From positions 2,464,001 to 2,528,000 of the forward strand of contig OZ244048.1 of the NCBI GenBank assembly GCA_965215265.1: a stretch of DNA of 64,000 bases. Reading direction: 5' to 3'. Under the pieces are notes generated by a model, which was not told the origin of the DNA, did not search any database, and was given only the letters and a program-made list of their open reading frames with translations. Positions 29,417-39,500 of the stretch are shown here, piece after piece; position 1 is the stretch's first letter; each line of letters starts with the position of its first letter. This DNA is from Candidatus Poribacteria bacterium. Its GTDB lineage: Bacteria > Poribacteria > WGA-4E > WGA-3G. A program made the position numbers and the translations under genes.

Positions 29417-29548
29417 TGGGGTAAGCGAGTTTTTGTCTTTTGTTGGGATGGCAGCGGGTGGCATCTGTGAAAGACGCACCCGGCTAACGCCAGAAGCAGG
29501 GGTAAAACTATAACGCAAAAAGAGGCCTTCGGTGCTGGGAGCATCGGG

Positions 29549-30580
29549 CTAGGGACGGAGGTCCCAGAGCAGCACGGTGTTATCATCACTCGCACTAGCG
29601 AGATACCTGCCATCAGGGCTGAACGCTATGCTACTGACAGCCCGCGTATGCCCGGCGAGAGTTTGGACGGGTTCGCCTGTGTTGACATCCCACAGACGAA
29701 CGGTGAAGGTGTCCCAACCTCCGCCACTAGCGAGATACTTGCCATCCGGACTGAACGCTACGCTTATGACATTCCGCGTATGCCCATTGAGAGTTTTGAG
29801 GGTATCGCCCGTGTTGACATCCCACAGACGAACGGGGTCGTCCCAACCTTCGCCGCTACTAGCGAGATACCTGCCATCAGGGCTGAACGCTACGCTCTTA
29901 ACCGGAAAAATATGCCCGTTGAGAGTTTTGAGGGTATCGCCCGTGTTGACATCCCACAGACGAACGGTGGTGTCATAACTCCCACTAGCGAGCGTGCGGC
30001 CATCTGAACTGAATGCTACGCTACTGACCCGACGCGTATGCGCGTTGAGAGTTTGGACGGTTTTGCCTGTCGCCACATCCCACAACCGAACGGTGCCGTC
30101 AAAATTTCCACTAGCGAGCGTGCGGCCATCTACGCTGAACGCTACGCTACTGACAGCGACATTGGGAATGCCGAACAACTTTAGGAGTGCGTGATACCAA
30201 TGCGCGTTGAGAGTTTGGATGGTTTTGCCTGTCGCCACATCCCACAGCCGAACGGTGCCGTCCGCACTCCCACTAGCGAGCGTGCGGCCATCTGGGCTGA
30301 ACGCTACGCTACTGACCCAATCCGTATGCCCTGTGAGTAAGTCGAGCGGCTCACCCGTCTCCGCCTCATTCAGCCAAATACCGATATCACTTGCCACTGC
30401 AAGCTGAGACCCATCCGGCGAATACCGCACTTCATTTACGCCACCTCTGCCGAGCCGGGCAATCGCACCCGCCGGTAAACCCAACAGCGTCTCCGCCGGA
30501 AACTGATCCGACGCAACTGGTAGGGAGGAACTTGACACGATAAGACTAAAAAAACAGAATAACGTTAAGTTCTTTTTCAT
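29549..30580 (-). CDS. Secreted WD40-repeat protein
   Basis: Signal peptide, LPAGAIARLGRG, about 7 repeats GH..VSSVAFSPDGRTLASGS.D.TVRLWD; RBS GGAGG before ATG 30580. Confidence 0.93.
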   Translation of the reverse strand: MKKNLTLFCFFSLIVSSSSLPVASDQFPAETLLGLPAGAIARLGRGGVNEVRYSPDGSQLAVASDIGIWLNEAETGEPLDLLTGHTDWVSSVAFSPDGRTLASGSADGTVRLWDVATGKTIQTLNAHWYHALLKLFGIPNVAVSSVAFSVDGRTLASGNFDGTVRLWDVATGKTVQTLNAHTRRVSSVAFSSDGRTLASGSYDTTVRLWDVNTGDTLKTLNGHIFPVKSVAFSPDGRYLASSGEGWDDPVRLWDVNTGDTLKTLNGHTRNVISVAFSPDGKYLASGGGWDTFTVRLWDVNTGEPVQTLAGHTRAVSSIAFSPDGRYLASASDDNTVLLWDLRP

Positions 30581-30594
30581 CTTAATACCTCCAT

Positions 30595-30912
30595 TCATTG
30601 TGCGATAAATTCATCACGTAACAGTTGGAAATATTTCGATTCCCGCATCAGTCCCTCCGGTATCAGGCGTTTGAAAAGTGACGCGTCATGCACAACACTC
30701 CCAAACACCGACAGCGCACACAGTAAATCCCCTTGTGTCCCCTCATCTAAACCCGTACCTGTTGTCGCGGTTATACATCTTTGAATCCAACCCGCCGAGG
30801 TCACCTCTACTGGCGGTTTCATCAACTGCGTGAACGGCAACAGTCCCGGCGTATCCGCAGCCAAAATAGATTCACCGTCTACTTCTATCAGGCGGATAAC
30901 CTTATACCGCAC
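30595..30912 (-). pseudogene. Fragment of an Rpn (recombination-promoting nuclease/putative transposase) family gene
   Basis: YKVIRLIEVDG..LLPFTQLMKPP...MRESKYFQ resembles the middle and C-terminal part of Rpn-like proteins; nuclease N-terminus and tail are missing. Confidence 0.6.
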
Positions 30913-30924
30913 TTTACTTCTTCT

Positions 30925-31165
30925 AGTATAGCAGCCTCGCTATTATTTTGTCAAGGCCGTCTCCAGATTTCGCTTCTCAAGGCGGCCTCGGTGCTTCTCT
31001 GCAGCCATCTCCTAAAAAACCAGGGGCAGCGACCGAAGATCGCTGCCCCTGATTAGGTTAGGTGAGTTTAAATCTCGCTGAGGTGACTCTTGTGCCTTAA
31101 GCGTCGCCCGCCGTTGGGTGAGTTTACCGTCCGTGCTCAGATGCCCTTTCAAGCGGGTTGTCTGC
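30925..31165. repeat. About 240-bp diverged direct repeat, copy 2 (gene tail, terminator, promoter)
   Basis: Homologous to 32302-32548; includes identical CTCAGATGCCCTTTCAAGCGGGTTGTCTGC. Confidence 0.92.
31015..31052 (-). terminator. Intrinsic terminator
   Basis: CAGGGGCAGCGA/TCGCTGCCCCTG stem followed by a T-run on the minus strand. Confidence 0.85.
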
Positions 31166-32268
31166 TACGTGCCGGTGTGGTTGTCAGCTGCCTCCAGCTG
31201 CCGCACGAGTTCCGCGCGCACCTCTGGAGATAAATTCTGAATCTCCGCCGGGCTGAGTCCTTCGACGCGCTCCTCGGGGCTGAGTCCTTCGACGCGCTCC
31301 TCGGGGCTGAGTCCTTCGACGCGCTCCTCGGGGCTGAGTCCTTCGACGCGCTCCTCGGGACTCAGGCGTGCCAACATATCGGCCCGTTCTGCGGCGGGTA
31401 AACTCGCCAACATATCGGCCCGTTCTGCCGCAGATAACCTTGCTAACATGTCCGCACGAGCTTCAGCGGGCAGCCGTGCGAGCAGATCCGCCCGGTCTTG
31501 AGGACTCAAGCGGGCCAGCATGTCCGCACGCTCCTCCGATGTCAGTGCAGACAGCAGCTTCGGACCTAAAGTCGTCGCGACTTCGCGAAGACGACTCTGA
31601 AAGAAATCTTGACGGCCTTCCATTTCACAAACCTCCTCCGTGACTTCCGGCTGCAAATACAACGCGGAGTCAAAATATAACTTATTCTCTTCTGTTATCA
31701 CCCGCCGCAGGAACGCACGAAACTGTTTCTGCGACGACGCAAACAGCAGCAACCAATAATTCGGCTCAACCAGTGCCACTTCATTGCAAACCAACAGATG
31801 CACCGGCACGCCATCCATCAACCGATAATGCCCCGCCGCCAACGGCTCCCACGGCTCCCCAAAAGGTGGGCGGGAGAGCAGCGCCCGCGGCTTCCGAGAC
31901 GATACTATCGTCAGGGTTAACTCGGTTGCAGGCACCTGCTTATCTGCCAGATAACCACGCGCACGCATACAAATCCGGTGATACGCCGATTCATTCAACG
32001 GGTCGTTTTGTCCTTTGAATTCAAACAGATTATGCGTGCGTAAGTAAGAGAGCAGCGGGTTGGCACGCACTCTCGCGCGGGCTGCGGCGCTTTCGAGGAG
32101 AGCGAGTGCATCTATACGCTGCGGCAACCGGTTCACTTCTATCTCTGTCTGGATAGAGGCACCCAGCCCAGAGAAGGGTAGGGCGAGGAACTCTTTGAAG
32201 AAAGGGTCCCAGAGTTTCCGTTTGCTTTGTGTTTCTTTAGATGTCTCCGGCACTGTCGTTTGCCTCAT
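31165..32268 (-). CDS. Rpn-like PD-(D/E)xK nuclease-fold protein with C-terminal LSPEER repeats
   Basis: WDPFFKE...TEIEV...RIDAL...NLFEFKG motif pattern; 13-aa and 9-aa tandem repeats at the C-terminus. Confidence 0.7.
   Translation of the reverse strand: MRQTTVPETSKETQSKRKLWDPFFKEFLALPFSGLGASIQTEIEVNRLPQRIDALALLESAAARARVRANPLLSYLRTHNLFEFKGQNDPLNESAYHRICMRARGYLADKQVPATELTLTIVSSRKPRALLSRPPFGEPWEPLAAGHYRLMDGVPVHLLVCNEVALVEPNYWLLLFASSQKQFRAFLRRVITEENKLYFDSALYLQPEVTEEVCEMEGRQDFFQSRLREVATTLGPKLLSALTSEERADMLARLSPQDRADLLARLPAEARADMLARLSAAERADMLASLPAAERADMLARLSPEERVEGLSPEERVEGLSPEERVEGLSPEERVEGLSPAEIQNLSPEVRAELVRQLEAADNHTGT
31250..31357. repeat. 27-bp perfect tandem repeat x4 (EERVEGLSP)
   Basis: GGGCTGAGTCCTTCGACGCGCTCCTCG x4, adjoining degenerate 39-bp repeats to about 31540. 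Confidence 0.95.
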
Positions 32269-32301
32269 CTATCTGCTTAGACGCTCCACTTCTCATAATA
32301 A

Positions 32302-32331
32302 AGTATAGCAGCCTTTCTGCTTTTTTGTCAA
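32302..32331 (-). promoter_or_regulatory. Sigma70 promoter of the Rpn-like gene (second copy at 30925-30954)
   Basis: TTGACA-18 nt-TATACT with extended TG in both copies. Confidence 0.75.
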
Positions 32332-32389
32332 GGCCGTCTCCAGATTTGGCTTCTCAAGGTGGCCTCGGTGCTTCTCTCTATCCAAAGCA

Positions 32390-32430
32390 AAAAAATAGGG
32401 GCAACCACTTGTGAGGGTAGCTGCCCCTGG
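32390..32430 (-). terminator. Intrinsic terminator of the LRR/LTD gene
   Basis: AGGGGCAACCAC/GTAGCTGCCCCT stem plus T-run on the minus strand. Confidence 0.75.
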
Positions 32431-32466
32431 TTAGGTTAGGTTAGTTTAGTTTAGCATTCACAGCGA

Positions 32467-35400
32467 TTATTCTTCCGATTTGAGCGTTGCCCAGCGTTCT
32501 GTGAGTTTCCCATCTGCACTCAGATGCCCTTTCAAGCGGGTTGTCTGCAGTGTCTGCTGCACACCTGCGTTGGAGACATCTTCAATGCGGTAGTAATACA
32601 CCACATTCGGTTTGGCAGACGTATCCGTCCAACTATAGTCGTTGCGTTCGCCTGTGGTGCCGGCCCCTGCAATCAACTCGGAGTTTATCTTTGTGAAGGT
32701 GCCGTTGCGCGCATCGCTCCGCAGCAGGTTGAATCCTGCGTTGTTCAACTCGGATTCGGTTGCCCAACTGATGACGATAGCGCCTTCTACGCGTTTCGCG
32801 GTGAAGGCAGAGAGCGCCACGGGCAGCGGGCCGCCGCCCCGATAGCCGGGCGTGCCTTCATCCTCGGCATTGCCGTAGAAGGTGTCGCGCTGCGCCTCGT
32901 TCAAAGAGGTGTTGGCGGCTAGCACCCAACCCGCTTCGGTGGTGCCGTCTTCGGCAACTGCGCCGGTGGCGCGGCTAGCGCTGCCGTAGCGGCGGATGAT
33001 GGAGCTGCGCCCGTCTTCAAGCATTGGCAGCTCCCAGGCAGGTTCTTCCCCTCGCCCGACATAGTTGCCAACCGTATCCACCACGGGCTTGACACCAGAG
33101 GCTTCTTTACCATATAACGTCAACTTGAAGGCGGTGGTGGCTAGCACCGGCGAACGCCGTTCCAAGTCCAGTTTATCGCGATAAGCGCTCTCGCGCCGCA
33201 GGTTGATGACACGTGCATCAGGGAAGTGGCCAGAGGTGCGCCCGGTGTCTGTCACGATGAGCAGCGTCTGGTTCGGGGGGATTATCTTACCGCCTACGAA
33301 TTTGAGCGTCACATCTGGGCGAACGGCGGTGTCGGTGGTGGCATCTTGTTGGATGCGGAGCGTCCAGTCGTTCAGATTCACCGCTTCGGTTAGAGAACTA
33401 TTGTGCAGCTCTATCCACTGCGGCAGCCGGTTGTCTGTGTCGAACATAATCTCGCTGATGGAGACTTGGCCCGCGGCGGATTTATCTTTCACTACACCGT
33501 TCTGATACCCGGGGGTACCGCCATACGCGTCTGCGTTCGGGGTATCGCGATCCCAGCCTATGCCGGTGAAACCGCGTTTGCTCCACGCGTTTTCCGCGAA
33601 GTTGTTCTCATTGTCGCGCTGATACACTGACCCTTCCTTGAACGCCTCATCTATATCCTTAAAGATGTCCTTGTCGGGATCCGGTGTCGCCTGCAGTGGC
33701 CAAACCTCCGTATTGTAGTTCTGAGAATCATGCGTCCCTACAAACGGAACGAAAACAGCGCCTGCCGCATCTTCTATGTGAATCGGCTTATTCTTTTGCT
33801 CTTTCTTATTCCGCAGCAGCAACAAGAACTTACCGTCGGCAGGAAGGTTGAGCCCGGATACAACTACGTATTGGTGCAACGCACCATGCTGCACCTCATC
33901 CGCATCGTCCACACCCAGATTGTTCCCACCAGCGAGAAAGTTTCCTTCGGGATTGCTGTTCGCAACGAGTAACACATCCCCGCCGGCAATGCTCTTATCA
34001 GGCAGCGTCACAAGCACCTTCTCGGTGCGCGCAGACGCATCGCCTGTCACAAGCGTGAACTCCCACTCTTTGATACTGACGGCGGCATCCGTGTCGTTTC
34101 GCAGCTCTATCCAATCTAGGCTGTCATCCGTGTGATTCCCTACTTCGTTGATGACAATCTTTCGACCTTCGAAACTCGTCCGGTCTCCGGCGGCGATACG
34201 CTGAGACGGGGTCGAACCAGGGGTGCCGATACGCTGCCCACCGAGGTTTATGCTCGGCGCAGAGGACGCTTGCCAGTTATCGGAACGGTTACCGTCTTCG
34301 ACTTCAGCCTTGGCAAAATCTATGCTCCTATACATCGAAACCAGAGACGCAGACGCGGCTTCATCAGTTGCCACGGTGCGCCCACCTCCACCGGGCACCT
34401 CCCAGTAGCCCAGCCCTAGATTGCTTATGCTATCTATCACCAGATACGGAGTCTCTCCTATTGTCACTTCCGCACGATTCACCAGGTCGCCTGTCGTAAA
34501 ATACAACGCCCAATCGTCCGCTACGGCAGTGGCGGCAACCGCTTTTACTGCATACAGCTCTAGCCACTGGCCAGACGACGACGGCGTTTGACTCGCATCT
34601 TCGCCCCACAACACTTCACTTATGACTACATCACCTTTCACGGCACCGCCGGTGGTTAGCTTCGGCGCTATCAATTCTATCGTCCCACCATTGCGGAAAA
34701 ATTCGCTCAAGTTACGAGTCAGGGTTTCTACAGGTGCAACGGCACTGGAGATACCATGCGTTGTGGATGAGCTTCCCTCTTGGGTCAATACCTCAAAACC
34801 GCCCGCTGCCAACGCTGAAAGCGTGAAGTAGTCCGCTTTCGCGAGCGTTTCCAAGTTGGGGAGGGTTGACAGATGCGAGATATCCGACACGGGCGAATCC
34901 GTAAAACCTACCACTGTCAATTTGGTGAGGGTTGACAGTGCCGAGATATCCGACACTCGCGCATTCCTGATATTCAGCGATATCAAGCTGGTGAGGGTTG
35001 ACAGCGGCGAGATATCCGACACTGGCGTATCACTGAGATCCAGCCCTATCAAGCTGGTGAGGGTTGACAGCGGCGAGATATCCTCTACTTGCGTATCACT
35101 GAGAGACAGCTCTAGCAAGTTGATGAGGCCTGACAGCGGCGAGATATCCTCTACTTGCGTACCCCTGAGATACAGCTCTAGCAAGTTAGTGAGGCCTGAC
35201 AGCGGCGAGATATCCAACACTTGCGTATCCCTGAGATTCAGCTTTACCAATTCGGTGAGGCCTGACAGTGCTGAGATATCCGACACTTGCGTATTCCTGA
35301 GCCACAGCCAATCCAATTTGATGAGGGTTGACAGATGCGAGATATCCGACACTGGCGTATTAGTGAGAAACAGCGTTGTCAAGCTGATGAGGCCTGACAG

Positions 35401-35906
35401 ATGCGAGATATCCTCTACTTGCGTATCACTGAGATACAGCTCTTCCAAGTTAGTGAGGCCTGACAGATGCGAGATATCCTCTACTTGCGTACTGTCGAGA
35501 TCCAGATATTGCAAGTTGGTGAGGGTTGACAGATGCGAGATATCCTCTACTTGCGTACTGTCGAGCTCCAGCTCTTCCAAGTTGGTGGCGTATTCAAGTC
35601 CTGTCAGATTGCTAACGTTTGATTCCCTTAGATCGAGGTATGTCAAGCGGAGCATATCTGCCTGGGTGACATCCGTCCCCGCGGAGATGTAGAGTGTCTC
35701 CTCTATTTCCGCAAGGAGCGCCGCATCCGGAATGTTCACTACCGGATTTTGGCTTACTGCCAGGGGGGCAATGAGTAACGAAAGCGTGATGCAAAATAGA
35801 ATGGAACAGGTTAAGGGGTGTTTGTAAACGGCATAACAAGCCCGGCGATTAATAATAGAACTAAAACACTTAACATATAGAGGGGGGGGTACATTCTTCT
35901 CTTCAT
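32467..35906 (-). CDS. Secreted LRR plus lamin-tail-domain surface protein; signal-peptide region out of frame at a C8 tract (ORF track 32467-35739)
   Basis: VNIPDAAL cap, about 11 LRRs of 22 aa, three ISE/INE...WIEL lamin-tail-like domains, PLPVALSAF...SELNNAGFN C-terminal domain; RBS plus ATG at 35906. Confidence 0.85.
34856..35590. repeat. 66-bp LRR-coding tandem repeats
   Basis: Recurring GACAG(C/A/T)..CGAGATATCC block at 66-bp period, several near-identical units. Confidence 0.9.
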
Positions 35907-36172
35907 ATTATCTAACTCCTTGTTATTCTTTATCCCGTTACGGAATAAACTTGACTTGACTTTATAGTTCGAACTAAGTTTCCGAACAGACTACGTTTTC
36001 AACCTTTTTTGCCAATTCGTAAGACGTGCACATAGGTGTTCAAGAAAATGAAATCGTGTTTGTGAATCCCTTTCCAAAAAATGCAGTGCATTCACAAACT
36101 CTCAACGGGCACGTCCGTTCATTCTTTCACTTTTAAAGAACACTTTTGCTCTCTTCGCAAAAGCTTATTTTA

Positions 36173-36201
36173 AGTATACCTCAAGAAAAAGTGTTTGTCA
36201 A
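36173..36201 (-). promoter_or_regulatory. Sigma70 promoter of the LRR/LTD gene
   Basis: TTGACA-17 nt-TATACT, about 260 nt upstream of ATG 35906. Confidence 0.75.
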
Positions 36202-36446
36202 ATTAAAAAGATGTGGAATATAGCAAGGTGAAGAAAGAGGATACCATCAAAGGATATAAGACAGAGAGTTGCGCTAATCTCTACGCCACGGTATGAAAGC
36301 ACTCTATTGGGTTGTCACCGGGTGGACAGGTTGGATTTATCGTTACTGAGAAACCCTCCGACGAGATTTTTAGTCTCTTTTAGCACAATAAAGGCAGTTG
36401 TGGCAGGTAACGTTTCATTTTCACATTCAAAAGAGAGGGGGATTTT

Positions 36447-36519
36447 ATGAAAAGGGAAAAATAAAGAATCCTATACGTATTGTAAAAGAAAATACGTTAT
36501 TTTTCAAACAAATTTTCAA
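36447..36519. repeat. Copy of the nrdJ-upstream repeat (right flank of island)
   Basis: 36451-36504 differs from 29363-29416 at 3 of 54 nt; contains TTGAAA-17-TACAAT on the minus strand. Confidence 0.9.
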
Positions 36520-36596
36520 ACCCGAAAAGTTTGATTTTCACCTTCACAGAGGAAAATCGGCTTGCTATTTGTTTTGAATTCTGCTATGATAAGGGC

Positions 36597-39500
36597 ATGC
36601 GAAACTTGAGACTGAACTCCAACAGTAAATCTGTGCGTGACTACTACACGACGCTGGAACGCTACGAACAGAGCCACATCGTTCACGAAGGTGCGGTGAG
36701 TATTCCGCTGGGGACGCTGCTGCAAACGTGTGCGCGACAGGTAGAGGCGGTATTTGTGCCGCAATATGCTATGCGTACGGAACGCGGAAACCGTATCGTG
36801 CTTGACGGTGCGATTCTTGATGAATACGAACTCCCTTTCGCTTATTGTGAAGCGAAAGACATGGCAGATGATCTGGAGCGCGAAATCATACGAAAGATTG
36901 ACGCGGGTTACCCGACATCTAATATCTTCTTCTACACGCCGCAGCGCGGTGTCCTCTATCAGAACGATCAGAGAGTGCTTGACGTAGACATGACGCAGCC
37001 TGACAGGCTCCTTGAGGCAGTGCAGCGTCTGTTTTCAGAGCCGTTTGCCGCGATTGAGAAGTGGCACGCCGCTGTTGCTGCATTCAAAGAGAGGGTCCCT
37101 GCGCTCGGGCGAGAACTCGCTCAACTCATCCGGCAACAGCACCAAACCAATACACGCTTCACCAGCGCTTTTGCTGATTTTTACCGGCAGTGCCGCGCAT
37201 CAATCAATCCGAATCTGTCTAAAGCCGCAGTGGAAGAGATGCTCATCCAACATCTGCTCACAGAACGCATTTTCCGCACCGTCTTTGATAATCCGGATTT
37301 TACACGCAGAAATATCATCGCCCGCGACATTGAAACCGTTATTGATGCACTCACGCACCACGCTTTCAGTCGAGACGGCTTCATGCGGCGTCTTGAGCCG
37401 TTCTATCGTGCGATTGAGCAAGCGGCGACGCTCTGCACGGATTTCTCGCAAAAACAACACTTTTTGAACACGGTTTACGAACAGTTCTTCCAAGGGTTCT
37501 CCATAGAAGTTGCGGATACGCATGGGATTGTCTATACGCCGCAACCGATAGTCGAGTTCATGGTGAAAAGTGTGGAATACCTCTTAGAAACCGAGTTCAA
37601 CCGTTCGCTTTCCGAGCCGGGTGTTCACATCATCGACCTGTTCGTTGGTACCGGTAACTTCATCGTGCGTCTGATGCAAGACATTGAAGGCACAATGTTG
37701 GAGGAGAAATACGGCGGGGAACTCCACTGCAACGAGTTGATGCTGTTGCCGTATTACATCTCCAGTTTGAACATAGAGCATGAATATTTCCGCCGGACGG
37801 GTGAATACCTGCCGTTTGAGGGCATCTGCCTTGTTGATACGTTTGAGTTGCTTGAATCAGAGCAGGCGCAACTCTTCACGCGTGAAAACACGGCCCGCGT
37901 TGAACGTCAGAAAGCGTCGGAGATGTTTGTAGTTCTCGGGAATCCGCCCTACAACGCTGGCCAGGTGAATGAGAACGATAACAACAAAAATCGGCAGTAT
38001 CCAGCGATGGATAAACGCATAGAGGAAACGTACGCGGCGGATTCCATGGCGCAGAACAAGAATAAGTTATATGATCCGTATGTGAAGGCAATTCGATGGG
38101 GGTTGGATAGGATAGGCGATGAAGGTATTGTCGCCTTGATAACGAACAATAGCTTCCTTGATGGCATCTCGTTCGATGGAATGCGGAAACATCTCGCGGC
38201 CGACTGCGATGCACTCTATGTTCTGGACTTGGGGGGCAATGCGAGGCGAGGCTTAAAGTGCTCTGACGCAAATGTCTTCGGAATCCAGGTCGGTGTCAGT
38301 ATCAACCTGTTTGTGAAGAAACAGCAAAAATCACCCGAGCCCTGCCGTATCTATTACCATCGCACTGATGAACTGTGGAATAGACAACGGAAGTTTGATT
38401 TTCTGAATGAACGCCAACATGCTGGGAATGTTGAGTGGCAAGCCATCGCCCCGGATGCCCGATACACTTGGCTCACGGAAGGACTCAACGCAGCGTTTGA
38501 TACCTTTATTCCTATCGGAACGCAGCAAGCAAAGAAAGCAAAAGAGGAGGCTGTGGATGTCATTTTCAAAACCTACAGCCTCGGTATTAGCACGAACCGC
38601 GATGCGTGGAGCCTCAACTTCAACGCCCAAGCGCTCTCTCAAAATATGCAGCGGATGATTGAGAACTACAACACGCAGGTTTTCAAGTGGCAGCATCAGA
38701 GCGCTCGAGGCACCAACGTTGATGATTTTGTGGAGGCTGATGCCACGAAAATTAAGTGGAGTTCCACGTTAAAACGGCATCTGAATAGCGGACATTTCGC
38801 TGAATTTAATGACTCAAAACTGCGGCGATGCCTCTACCGCCCTTTCACGAAGCGGGCGCTCTACTTTGATCGGATGCTGGTAGAGGGACCCCGGCTCTTT
38901 CCTTTCATATTTCCGACTCCTGAGACAGAAAAGGAAAACCAGGTAATTTGTGTAGCGGGTGTTGGAAATAGAAAAGGCTTTGGTTGTCTCGCAACAAATA
39001 TGATTCCTAATTTAGATGTGGCATTTGAAAAAACGCAATGCTTCCCTTTCTATACCTACGCCGAGGACGGCAGCAACCGCCGTGAAAACATCACGGAGTG
39101 GGCATTGGCAGCGTTCAGAACTCACTACGGCGAGGACACCATCAGCAAGTGGGACATCTTTCACTATACCTATGCACTCTTGCATCAGCCCGACTATCGC
39201 GAAACTTATCAGATGAATCTCAGGCGCGATTTACCTCACATCCCATTTGCACCAGATTTCTGGGCGTTCGTGAACATTGGCGCGCGGTTAGCAGAACTTC
39301 ACGTCAACTATGAAACGCAGCCCGAATCTGCAGGCTTGCAGTTTATTGAGACACCTAATGTCCAGCGGGATTGGCGCGTAGAGAAGATGAGATTCTCGAA
39401 AGAGAAGACGCAGCTACACTACAACGACTTCCTGACGATAGCCGGTATTCCGGATGAGGCGTTTGCGTATCGTTTAGGTGCGCGTAGTGCGTTGGAGTGG

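Noticed and set aside
31085-32548. Diversity-generating retroelement TR/VR pair
   Set aside because: Differences between the tail copies are not adenine-specific, many are synonymous, and no reverse transcriptase is present.
34856-35692. 278-aa repetitive plus-strand ORF (also the antisense ORFs over the WD40 gene)
   Set aside because: Antisense shadows of repeat-coding genes.
35612-35839. 75-aa ORF as the N-terminus of the LRR protein
   Set aside because: Wrong frame, no RBS, not signal-like; the C-tract model fits better.
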